A stretch of DNA of 64,000 nucleotides from an uncultured Alphaproteobacteria bacterium (GTDB lineage Bacteria; Pseudomonadota; Alphaproteobacteria; HIMB59): positions 7,901 through 71,900 of the forward strand of contig CACGPU010000005.1 of assembly GCA_902575065.1 (NCBI GenBank), in the 5' to 3' direction. This document shows, in pieces, positions 10,376-19,479 of this stretch (positions within the stretch are counted from its first letter, which is position 1; every line of letters starts with the position of its first letter). Made by a program: the position numbers and the translations under genes. The notes below the pieces were generated by a model that did not search any database, had not been told where the DNA came from, and worked only from the letters and a program-made list of their open reading frames with translations.

Positions 10376-11206
10376 TCAGCTAGTTATTTTCAGGGGCGAA
10401 TTGTCATTAATTTTTTTAAAAATTTTAGGGAACTTCCATTGCAAATCGCAGTCTACATTTGGGGCTTGAGCTGAACTATTTAAGTCGTTTTCACAAATAG
10501 TTCTAATTTCAAAGCTTATCCTTGTATTTTCAGACTTTTCTTTTGATGAGCTATGTAAGTGGGCACCTGAAAAACATAAAATTTCTCCTGGTTTTATAGT
10601 TACTGGTATTTTCTTAATATTGCTGGGCAAGTCCTCTATTAATTGTGGAGCAGAGGGATAAGAAAAATCGCCTTTTTTTCTATTGGCTAAATAAATGTTT
10701 AAGTCCCAAGTAGAAGTAGTATTTTTAACTGCAATATCAAAATAATCTGGATAAAAAATCATAGTATTTTTTTCCTCTACATTGCTTACTGGTGCCCACC
10801 AATTAATTTGTTGATACAAATTTGTGCCCCAAGTATCACGATGAATATTTATTCTGGATGCTTCTCTGTAAGGTAAGTTATTTTCTGCTGGTGCTACTCT
10901 TACCACAAATCGATCCCAAAAAGTTTCACCTTTATTGTATCCAATTTCAAATAAAAATTTTGAAAACAGTTTTCTGAAATCCTCATGGTTTTTTAATTTT
11001 GATACAATATCCTTACTTATATCCTCAGAATTTTTTAAATAGTGTATTTTTTCTATTTCACCATCATAAATATTTTGTATTTTATTTTTAATTTGGGTTA
11101 TTAAATCATTTGAAGTTTTTGATTTTTGAAATACAAAAACTTTTCCACTAAAAATATCATTTTTAAATTCTTGAAGATTTGAAATATTTTCTATTGGTAT
11201 AAACAT
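10376..11206 (-). CDS. putative Fe(II)/2-oxoglutarate-dependent oxygenase (PhyH-like cupin)
   Basis: HxD (IHRDTW), distal His (GEILCFSGAHLHSS) and RxS (TRISFEIR) in the canonical order. Confidence 0.6.
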   Translation of the reverse strand: MFIPIENISNLQEFKNDIFSGKVFVFQKSKTSNDLITQIKNKIQNIYDGEIEKIHYLKNSEDISKDIVSKLKNHEDFRKLFSKFLFEIGYNKGETFWDRFVVRVAPAENNLPYREASRINIHRDTWGTNLYQQINWWAPVSNVEEKNTMIFYPDYFDIAVKNTTSTWDLNIYLANRKKGDFSYPSAPQLIEDLPSNIKKIPVTIKPGEILCFSGAHLHSSSKEKSENTRISFEIRTICENDLNSSAQAPNVDCDLQWKFPKIFKKINDNSPLKITS

Positions 11207-12289
11207 TCACTTTATATCACCAACATATACCCCAAGTGCTAAAGCAGTTTCAATTAGAGGATCGGATCTATCTACAACTTTATAAGTAGAAATTCCTTCA
11301 CTAATTGGAACATCAACAACTTTCCTATCTCTCCAGGCAACCATTCTTCCAAATTTTCCTTTTGCAATTAAATCAACAGCATAAACTCCAAAAGCACTAG
11401 CTAAAATTCTATCACGCGGAGTAGGAGGCGCACCTCGTTGAACATGCCCTAAAGAAGTGACCCTACACTCTATATCAGTACTTTTCATTATTTCCTCTGA
11501 AAGATAATTACCTATTCCGCCTAATCTTTTTTGACCATCAGCGTATTCAACAGTATAACTTTTTCCGTTTTCTGTTTTTACTGCCTCTGCTACTACAATC
11601 AGCGAATGAACTATTCCTCTATTTTTCATTTCAGTGAGTTTATTAACAATTCCTTTGATAGAGTAATCTAATTCAGGAATTAGGATTACATCTGCTCCAC
11701 CTGCAATGCCTGCGTTAATAGCTATGTGTCCCGCGTCTCTACCCATTACTTCTAAAATCATAGTTCTTTGATGACTTGCAGCAGTTGTTTGTAAGTTATC
11801 TAGTGCTTGGGTAGCAACATTTACAGCTGTATTAAACCCTATGGAGCTTTCAGTGGCTCCCACATCATTGTCAATTGTTTTAGGTATGGCTACAATATTT
11901 AAGTCACCTCTTTTTGCAATTTCAGTTAATATCGACATGCTTCCATCTCCGCCTATAACAATAAGCCCATCAAGACCTAATTCTTTGTAACCATCAATAA
12001 TGTCTTGGGATCTATCTTTGTATTTACCATCTGGCATGGGAAATTTAAAAGGATTACCTTTACTTGTTGTTCCCAAAAATGTCCCACCTTGTCTTAGAAG
12101 AGAACCGCTAAAAGTTTGATAGTCTAATGGAACATAAGCCACTGGTCTTTGCATTAAACCAACAGTGCCATCACGAATACCCATAACTTCCATCTGATAT
12201 GTATTTTTAGCTCTAAAAAATATCGATCTAACTGCAGCGTTTAAACCACCACAGTCTCCACCACTAGTAAGAATTCCAATTTTTTTCAT
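11207..12289 (-). CDS. pfkA: 6-phosphofructokinase (PfkA family)
   Basis: TSGGDCGGLN, GGDGS, PKTIDND, EVMGRDAG, LGHVQRG. Confidence 0.95.
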   Translation of the reverse strand: MKKIGILTSGGDCGGLNAAVRSIFFRAKNTYQMEVMGIRDGTVGLMQRPVAYVPLDYQTFSGSLLRQGGTFLGTTSKGNPFKFPMPDGKYKDRSQDIIDGYKELGLDGLIVIGGDGSMSILTEIAKRGDLNIVAIPKTIDNDVGATESSIGFNTAVNVATQALDNLQTTAASHQRTMILEVMGRDAGHIAINAGIAGGADVILIPELDYSIKGIVNKLTEMKNRGIVHSLIVVAEAVKTENGKSYTVEYADGQKRLGGIGNYLSEEIMKSTDIECRVTSLGHVQRGAPPTPRDRILASAFGVYAVDLIAKGKFGRMVAWRDRKVVDVPISEGISTYKVVDRSDPLIETALALGVYVGDIK

Positions 12290-13213
12290 TTAAAATTTAT
12301 CTGAGTCCCACAACCACGCTGCCCCTCTAACACCGCTGGAGTCACCGTGGGTATTCCGTAAGATCTTATTTCTTATCTTATCACTAAATGTGTATTTAGG
12401 AAGTAATTTAGGTATATTGTCATAAAGTCTTCCAACGTTTGACATACCTCCACCAAAAACTATTACATCAGGGTCAACGATACCTATCATTACAGATATT
12501 AATCTGGCAAAACGATCTTCATATAATTCAAATTCTTTTTTTGCTCTTTCATCTCCATTTGCTTCCAAAGCAACTATTTCTCTTGTTCTTAAGCTGGTGC
12601 CATATTTCTCGTTAAATAATTTTGTAAAACCTATTCCTGATATAAATTGCTCAGCACATAAGGGTCTTTTGCAATTACCTACATTACATTGGACATCAGA
12701 ATTAATTTCCTCCTCAGTAGGATAGGGTAATGGTTGATGTCCCCAATCTCCTGCAATTTGGTTAACGCCCTCAATGACTTTCTTTTCATAAACAAATGAT
12801 CCGCCAAAACCAGATCCAATAATTACACCCCAAACTGATTTATAATTTGCCCCAGAACCATCGATAGCTTCAGATAATGCAAAACAGTTAGCATCATTCA
12901 TGATTCGAATTTCTCTATTTAAACTTTTTTCTAAGTCTTTATGAAATGGTTTGTCATTAATCCATATACAATTAGCATTATTTACTAAGCCAGTTTCATA
13001 TGAAGAAAATCCTGGTATGCAAACCCCTACAGAATTTTGTTGATCTGTAAATTTATCAAATTCTGAAACTAAAGATTTTACGGTATTTAAACCACTTTCG
13101 TAATTTTTTTCATAAGTAGATCTTTTTCTCAGAATTTCTTTACCATTTGAGTCTATTAAAATACCCTCAATTTTGGTACCACCGTAATCAATGCCTATTC
13201 TAAAATCACTCAT
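12290..13213 (-). CDS. mak: ROK-family sugar kinase (Mak-like fructo/mannokinase)
   Basis: GIDYGGTKIE, NDANCFALSEA, GDWGH..LP, GGGMSN, HGDSSGVRGAAWLW. Confidence 0.85.
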   Translation of the reverse strand: MSDFRIGIDYGGTKIEGILIDSNGKEILRKRSTYEKNYESGLNTVKSLVSEFDKFTDQQNSVGVCIPGFSSYETGLVNNANCIWINDKPFHKDLEKSLNREIRIMNDANCFALSEAIDGSGANYKSVWGVIIGSGFGGSFVYEKKVIEGVNQIAGDWGHQPLPYPTEEEINSDVQCNVGNCKRPLCAEQFISGIGFTKLFNEKYGTSLRTREIVALEANGDERAKKEFELYEDRFARLISVMIGIVDPDVIVFGGGMSNVGRLYDNIPKLLPKYTFSDKIRNKILRNTHGDSSGVRGAAWLWDSDKF

Positions 13214-13238
13214 TTTTAAATAGATACCATAAGTTATA

Positions 13239-13273
13239 AAATATATGTATGAAATCTTTTAAATATATGTATG
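13239..13273. repeat. 13-bp direct repeat AAATATATGTATG x2, 22-bp period, in divergent promoter
   Basis: Exact copies at 13239-13251 and 13261-13273, between divergent ROK kinase and Gfo/Idh/MocA genes. Confidence 0.6.
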
Positions 13274-13304
13274 GATTGTAGTCAAATAGGTTTAAATTTT
13301 TTTT

Positions 13305-14312
13305 ATGAAAAAAAAAATTATTAATTGGGGCATATTAAGCACTGCTAAAATTGGTTGGGAGCACGTAATACCTGCAATAAAAAAATCAAAAAATAGTCAG
13401 GTTATAGCGCTTGCTAGTAGAAATTTATCCAGAGCAACGGCTTTAACAAAAAAATTTAAAATACCTAAAAGCTATGGTTCTTATAAAGAGTTATATGAAG
13501 ATAAAGATGTAGATGTAATTTATAACCCTCTTCCTAACCACTTACATATAAAATCAAGTATTGAGGCCTGTAAAAATAAAAAAAATCTCCTATTAGAGAA
13601 ACCATTATCTTTAAAATCAAAAGATATAGACCCATTAATAAAAATTGCCTCACAAAATAAAGTTATTGTTAAAGAAGCATTTATGGTCAGGCATCATCCT
13701 CAATGGCGATGGGTTAAAGAATATATAAAATCAGGTAAGATCGGATCAATATCAAGTATATCAACAGTGTTTTCATACAATAATAAAAATCCAAAAAATA
13801 TCAGAAATATCAAAAACTTTGGTGGAGGGGCCATCTATGACATTGGATGTTATCCGACTGTCATATCAAGATTTCTTTTAGATAAAGAACCAAAAAGAGT
13901 TATTGCAACTTCTAAAAATGATAAAAAATTTAAAACAGATATTTTATCATCCGCATTGTTAGATTTTGGAGATATTTTCTCAACCTTTACAGTTGCTACA
14001 CAAAGCACATATTCACAACAAGTAGTAATTCTTGGCACAAAAAAAACAGTTGTTATTGAAAATCCTTTCAACGCAATTGCGAATAAACCAACTACAGTTG
14101 TTATCTACAATGGAAAATCAATCTATCGAAAAGACAATACAATAAAAGTATTTCCAGCGACTGATCAATATGAACATCAAGTTACAAAATTTTCTAATGA
14201 GTTAATTTATAAAACTAAAATAGATTATGGATTATTAGATGCAAAAAAAAATATGAAAGTCTTAGATGCAATTTTTATGTCTATTAAGAAAAAAAAGTGG
14301 ATTAAAATTTAA
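13305..14312 (+). CDS. Gfo/Idh/MocA family oxidoreductase
   Basis: WGILSTAKIG, YNPLPNHLH, LEKP, GGGAIYDIGCY. Confidence 0.9.
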   Translation: MKKKIINWGILSTAKIGWEHVIPAIKKSKNSQVIALASRNLSRATALTKKFKIPKSYGSYKELYEDKDVDVIYNPLPNHLHIKSSIEACKNKKNLLLEKPLSLKSKDIDPLIKIASQNKVIVKEAFMVRHHPQWRWVKEYIKSGKIGSISSISTVFSYNNKNPKNIRNIKNFGGGAIYDIGCYPTVISRFLLDKEPKRVIATSKNDKKFKTDILSSALLDFGDIFSTFTVATQSTYSQQVVILGTKKTVVIENPFNAIANKPTTVVIYNGKSIYRKDNTIKVFPATDQYEHQVTKFSNELIYKTKIDYGLLDAKKNMKVLDAIFMSIKKKKWIKI

Positions 14313-14345
14313 TTTATTAGTGAGATAATAAAAAATTTCAATTAA

Positions 14346-15371
14346 TCAATGGGCACTAGAAGGAGCCCATATATTTATATCACCCTCTTTTGCAGCTTTA
14401 TTTATTTCTTTTATTTCTTTTTTTGAAAATTTTAAATTATCAAGTGTAGCTAAGTTTTCTTTAAGCTGTTTTACTGTTCTAGCCCCAATTAAAGCAGAGG
14501 TTATTGCACGATTATTTAATACCCATGCTATAGCCATTTGGGATAGAGATTGATTTCTTCTTTTTGCAATTTTATTGAGTTCATTAATAATTTTAGTATT
14601 TTTTTTCGTTATTAAATCTTTGCTGAAAGAGCTATTCTCATTAACCCTTGAAACTTTGGGAATTCCTTTTAAATATTTATTAGATAAAAAACCTTGGGCT
14701 AGTGGAGAAAAGGCGATACAACCAACCCCTTTTTTTATGAGAGTTTTTGTTAAATCTTTTTCAATCCATCTATTAATTAATGAATAAGAAGGTTGATGAA
14801 TTAATAATTTGATTCCTTTGCTCTTTAAAATTGAAATCATTTTATTTGTCTTATTGGAGGAGTAAGAAGAGACACCAATATACAGAGCCTTACCAGCTTT
14901 ATAGATACTTTCTAAAGCATCAGCTGTTTCCTCAAGAGGTGTATTTGGATCAAAACGATGAGAATAAAATATATCTACATAATCCAGTTTCATCCTCTTT
15001 AAACTTTGATCGCAACTAGCAATTACATGTTTTTTTGAACCCCATTCACCATAGGGTCCATCCCACATATCGTAACCTGCTTTAGACGATATAATTAACT
15101 CATCACGGTATTTTCCAAGATCACTTTTCATGACTTTTCCAAAATTAGACTCAGCACTGCCATAAGGTGGTCCATAATTATTTGCTAAATCAAAATGAGT
15201 AATTCCTGCATCAAAAGACTCAAAAAGAATTTTTTTAGACTCTGAAGCCATTCCATTGCCACCAAAGTTATGCCATAACCCTATTGACAAGACAGGTAGT
15301 TTTAAACCACTATCACCACAGTTTCTATAATGCATTTTTTGATAGCGATTTTTGTCTGAAATATATGGCAT
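14346..15371 (-). CDS. mgrA: aldo/keto reductase, L-glyceraldehyde 3-phosphate reductase (YghZ/MgrA) type
   Basis: SGLKLPVLSIGLWHNFG, THFDLANNYGPPYGSAE, SSKAGYDMW, YVDIFYSHRFD, IHQPSYS. Confidence 0.88.
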   Translation of the reverse strand: MPYISDKNRYQKMHYRNCGDSGLKLPVLSIGLWHNFGGNGMASESKKILFESFDAGITHFDLANNYGPPYGSAESNFGKVMKSDLGKYRDELIISSKAGYDMWDGPYGEWGSKKHVIASCDQSLKRMKLDYVDIFYSHRFDPNTPLEETADALESIYKAGKALYIGVSSYSSNKTNKMISILKSKGIKLLIHQPSYSLINRWIEKDLTKTLIKKGVGCIAFSPLAQGFLSNKYLKGIPKVSRVNENSSFSKDLITKKNTKIINELNKIAKRRNQSLSQMAIAWVLNNRAITSALIGARTVKQLKENLATLDNLKFSKKEIKEINKAAKEGDINIWAPSSAH

Positions 15372-15373
15372 TT

Positions 15374-16279
15374 TTAAAGTAATTCCTCTTTGTATGGCAT
15401 CGAATTTGCTGCTCCCTCCCTTGTAACAGAAACACCTGCCACAAGATTAGCAAACTCAATAGCTTCTTTATAGTTTTTATTTTGTGAGATTGCCACACTT
15501 AGAGCCCCATTAAAAGCATCTCCCGCACCTGTTGTGTCAACTACTGGTTTTTTTAGATTTGAAGCAGGTACTATAAACTCCTCTTTATTGTTTTTAAAAT
15601 AACAACCATTTTCTCCAAGTGTAATAATTATATTCTTTATCCCTTTGTCTAAAAAAAAACTTCCTGCTTTTTTACAGTCTTCCTCATTTTTAATTGATTG
15701 ACCGTAATAAAAACTTGCTTCCGTTTCATTGGGGGTAAAAAAATCAAAATATTGAAAGTTATCATTAGTTATTTCACTGGCGGGTGCTGGATTTAGAATT
15801 GTTGTACAATTAAAATTTTTCGCTTTTTTTAGAGCATAGAGTGTTACCTCTTTTGGTGTCTCTAACTGAGTTAAAAAAACATTAGAAGACTCAATTATAT
15901 TTAACTTTGAGTCGATTAAATTTTCATCAATTGTACCAGCAGCTCCTGGAACAACATTTATTGCATTTTGCCCAGTTTTTTCATTAATCAATATACCTGC
16001 AGCCCCAGTTGATTCATTTTCAGAGATAGCCAAACCATCATAATTTATTTTATCTCTCTTGTATAAAGAGATTGCAAGATCGGCATAGCTATCTTTACCT
16101 ACTTTACTTATAAATGATACATTACCTCCTGCTCTAGCTGCTGCTATTGCTTGGTTAGATCCTTTACCACCTGGTCCGATGATGTATTTTTTTCCTAATA
16201 TGGTTTGACCTGGTATTGGAATATCATTTGCAAAAAAACACAGATCTGCAACGAATATCCCAAATACACAAATACTCAA
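15374..16279 (-). CDS. rbsK: ribokinase
   Basis: PGGKGSNQAIAAAR, NPAPA, TPNETEA, DTTGAGDAF. The likely start is TTG at 16279 overlapping the upstream TGA (track start 16294). Confidence 0.88.
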   Translation of the reverse strand: MSICVFGIFVADLCFFANDIPIPGQTILGKKYIIGPGGKGSNQAIAAARAGGNVSFISKVGKDSYADLAISLYKRDKINYDGLAISENESTGAAGILINEKTGQNAINVVPGAAGTIDENLIDSKLNIIESSNVFLTQLETPKEVTLYALKKAKNFNCTTILNPAPASEITNDNFQYFDFFTPNETEASFYYGQSIKNEEDCKKAGSFFLDKGIKNIIITLGENGCYFKNNKEEFIVPASNLKKPVVDTTGAGDAFNGALSVAISQNKNYKEAIEFANLVAGVSVTREGAANSMPYKEELL

Positions 16280-16734
16280 TGATCTAGTACCCAAACAGTA
16301 CCATCAGGTTTAACAACTCCTTTGGTTAAGATAAAGCATCCAAATGGTCTTGTTTCGTTTGTTGTTATTATGGCAAATGCCTTTTTGGCTTCATCATAAA
16401 ATTTAAACCTTTCAATAGATGAAATTTTCCAATGCTCTCCTGAGATTTTCTTAGTTATGTCAATTATTTCTTGATGAACTTCATTTAATTGATCTGGATC
16501 TCCATCAATTTCCATCCTTTGAATAGGAGAGTCGACAAAGCTATCTAGAGGAAATACGGAGAGTATAGCCTCGGCAGCTCTTGCAGCATTTACACCATCA
16601 ATACGATGAACTCTGGAGTTCATCGAATAGGCGGGAAAATTTGAGTCACATAAAATTAATTTATCTCCATGCCCCATCGCTCTTAAAGTATGCAAAACCT
16701 CTGGACTAAGAATAGGATCAATTTTAATAAGCAT
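16276..16734 (-). CDS. RbsD/FucU family pyranase/mutarotase
   Basis: MGHGD..DSNFP, ERFKFY, ILTKGV. Confidence 0.9.
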   Translation of the reverse strand: MLIKIDPILSPEVLHTLRAMGHGDKLILCDSNFPAYSMNSRVHRIDGVNAARAAEAILSVFPLDSFVDSPIQRMEIDGDPDQLNEVHQEIIDITKKISGEHWKISSIERFKFYDEAKKAFAIITTNETRPFGCFILTKGVVKPDGTVWVLDH

Positions 16735-16773
16735 ATAACATAGAACTAAATTAATTCGTTAAATTCAACTTAA

Positions 16774-17790
16774 TTAATTAATCTTTACTGGTTTTGATCT
16801 TAGTTTTCCGACAGTCTCTAGCTCTGCTTTTCTACATAACTTTGGAGGGAGACCTTTATTTATTAGTTTTAAATCTTCAAACACTATTTCGCCCATTTCA
16901 TAAAAGACAGACTCTAGAGCCCCCGCTCTGTGTGCTGAGAAAAGAATATTTTTAGATTTACGTATGGGATCATTTTTTTTTACTGGCTCCTCAGGAAATA
17001 CATCTGTTGCAACTTTTATTTTTCTTTTTTTTGAAATTTTTAGTAGGTCTTTAAAATTCACTACATTAGCCCTACTTAGAATTAGTAAACAAGAATTTTG
17101 TTTCATCAGACTCAGTAGCTTTTTATCAATCATATGTTTGTTTTTTGTTGTGATAGAACTAAGAACATATATCACATCTGATTTTTTAAATATTTCATTA
17201 AGAGAATTAATTTTACAATTATTATTCTCAAGCAACTTGCTTGGAAGCCAAGGGTCGTATGCAAGAAAATTATTTGTGAATGGCTCTAACAAGGGTTTTA
17301 ACTTTTTGGCTAGATCTCCAAAACCAATAAAGCTGACAGTATTATTCTGCAATAAACTAGCATTCATATTACTTTCCAATCCATATTTTTCTTTATTATT
17401 AATAAAATCTATATGTGATTGATGAATTTCCCTCTTGAGAGATAAAGTAAAACCAACTGCAATTTCAGCAACTGTTTGAGCAAAAACAGGAGCAGTGGAG
17501 AGAACATAGATACCATTTCTAAAACAATACTCATAATCCATATTGTCCATGAAGTTGCTTTCAACATTGAATATAGCTTTAAGTTTTGCTGCCTTTTTTA
17601 AAATTGAATTTGGAAGGTCAGGTTGTCCAATTATAAAATCTGCTTTTGATATATTGTTTTGATAAAAATTTTTTTTATTTTTTATTGGAGCGTTAATAAG
17701 TTTGAAATTTTTTTTTAAATAAACAAGCTTATCTTTAGAGAAAATAAGATCCATTTGTCTTGGAAAAGGATCAACAATTATTGTTTTCAT
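16774..17790 (-). CDS. D-isomer-specific 2-hydroxyacid dehydrogenase
   Basis: GFGDLA dinucleotide motif, YDPW, SRA, DVFPEEP, SAHRAG catalytic residues. Confidence 0.85.
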   Translation of the reverse strand: MKTIIVDPFPRQMDLIFSKDKLVYLKKNFKLINAPIKNKKNFYQNNISKADFIIGQPDLPNSILKKAAKLKAIFNVESNFMDNMDYEYCFRNGIYVLSTAPVFAQTVAEIAVGFTLSLKREIHQSHIDFINNKEKYGLESNMNASLLQNNTVSFIGFGDLAKKLKPLLEPFTNNFLAYDPWLPSKLLENNNCKINSLNEIFKKSDVIYVLSSITTKNKHMIDKKLLSLMKQNSCLLILSRANVVNFKDLLKISKKRKIKVATDVFPEEPVKKNDPIRKSKNILFSAHRAGALESVFYEMGEIVFEDLKLINKGLPPKLCRKAELETVGKLRSKPVKIN

Positions 17791-17836
17791 TACTTGATTA
17801 TATCAATTATTTATTTTTTTGATAATCTAAGTTGAA

Positions 17837-18502
17837 ATGAAAAGATCTGAAATAAATGCTGCAATATCTGAAGCTAAAGATATGATCGATAGATATTCTT
17901 GGGTTCTACCTAAATGGGGCTATTGGTCTAAAGAAGAGTACAACAATAATCCTGACCTAAAAAATTATTTAAAAAATCATCAAATGGGCTGGGATGTTAC
18001 TGATTTTGGTAAAGGCGAATTTGAAAAAAAAGGTATCACCTTGTTTTGTATAAGGAATGGAATACAGGGTAATAATGATGACAAACCCTATGCAGAAAAG
18101 TTATTGTTTATGAGAGAAGGTCAAGAAATTCCTTTTCATAGCCATAAGGTAAAACTAGAAGATATAATTAATCGGGGAGGCGGGGAATTAGTAATTGAAT
18201 TTTTAGAAGTAGACTCAAATCAAATTGAATTAAACTCTAAAATTGATGTTCTTGTTGATGGTGAGATAGTTTCCGTTGCACCAAGAGAACCCTTAATTTT
18301 AAAAAGAGGTCAGAGCGTCACTGTTGAAAGAAACATATATCATAAATTTTACTCTGCTGAGGGTTCAGGAATGGTTATGGCAGGAGAGGTTTCTCAAGTC
18401 AACGATGATAATAAAGATAACTATTTTTTAGAAAGTGTGGGAAGGTTTACTGAAGTTGAAGAAGATGAAGTTGCGATACATCCTCTCTGGAATGAAATAT
18501 AA
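17837..18502 (+). CDS. D-lyxose/D-mannose isomerase (cupin)
   Basis: MKRSEIN, GWDVTDFG, YAEKL, PFHSH..KLEDIINRGGG, GEVSQVNDD..DN.F. Confidence 0.88.
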   Translation: MKRSEINAAISEAKDMIDRYSWVLPKWGYWSKEEYNNNPDLKNYLKNHQMGWDVTDFGKGEFEKKGITLFCIRNGIQGNNDDKPYAEKLLFMREGQEIPFHSHKVKLEDIINRGGGELVIEFLEVDSNQIELNSKIDVLVDGEIVSVAPREPLILKRGQSVTVERNIYHKFYSAEGSGMVMAGEVSQVNDDNKDNYFLESVGRFTEVEEDEVAIHPLWNEI

Positions 18503-19479
18503 TGCAAAGAGGTATAATTGGCCTTGGAATGTGGTGTGTAGATACCACATACAAAATAGATAATTTACCTGATAGAGGTAAATTAGAGACAATTTCTAAT
18601 ACTTTTCAATGCGTAGGTGGAGGTCCATCAAATGTTTTGACGGATTTAAATTCTTTAGGATTTAAACATCCAATGTACGCAATGGGATCAATTGGACTTG
18701 ATACAGATGCATCAATTATAAAAAAACATTGTAGAGAAAATAAAATAGAGACTAAATATTTAATTGTATCAAAGCAAATTTCTACTTCTCATACCGTTTG
18801 TATGTTTGAAAAACAAAAAGAAAGAACTTTTTTATATTATCCAGGGGCAAACAGCTTACTTGATAAAAAACATTTTAAAATTAACCAATTAAAAATTTCA
18901 CCTAAAGTTCTTTATGTCGGATATATTACACTATTAGGTAAATTGGACAAATTTGATGTTGACAAAAAAACTCGTTTATCAAAAGTTTTAAAAAAAGCTA
19001 AAAGTAAAAATGTGATAACAGTTTTAGATTTAGTTTCAAATAAGCACCCTAAATATAAAAATATTATTGAAAGCTCATTGCCATTCACCGATTATTTGCT
19101 TTTGAATGAAATTGAAGCAGAGATACTATTTGATAAAAAAATTTACGACTTCAATAAAAAACTTAATCAAAAAATCTTAATCAAGTTAATCAGTAAAGTT
19201 TTCAAAAAGGGTATTATTAGAGGAGTTGTTATTCATAGTCCAACTGAGTCGCTTTATTTTGATAGATCAAAAAAAATTTACACTAAATCAAAGGTTTTAC
19301 CAAAAAGCAGGGTAATAAATTCAGTTGGAGCTGGAGATGCTTTTTGTGCAGCATTTATATTTGGAATACATGAAAATTGGGACATAAAAAAAACTCTCAA
19401 AAAAGCTCATGCAGCTGGGACATCTATGATGAAAGTTAATGCCTCTTCTGGAAATTTACCCAATATATCTAAATTATAA
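18502..19479 (+). CDS. PfkB-family carbohydrate kinase
   Basis: GGGPSN, LNEIEA, NSVGAGDAF; translationally coupled to the isomerase (TAATG). Confidence 0.85.
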   Translation: MQRGIIGLGMWCVDTTYKIDNLPDRGKLETISNTFQCVGGGPSNVLTDLNSLGFKHPMYAMGSIGLDTDASIIKKHCRENKIETKYLIVSKQISTSHTVCMFEKQKERTFLYYPGANSLLDKKHFKINQLKISPKVLYVGYITLLGKLDKFDVDKKTRLSKVLKKAKSKNVITVLDLVSNKHPKYKNIIESSLPFTDYLLLNEIEAEILFDKKIYDFNKKLNQKILIKLISKVFKKGIIRGVVIHSPTESLYFDRSKKIYTKSKVLPKSRVINSVGAGDAFCAAFIFGIHENWDIKKTLKKAHAAGTSMMKVNASSGNLPNISKL

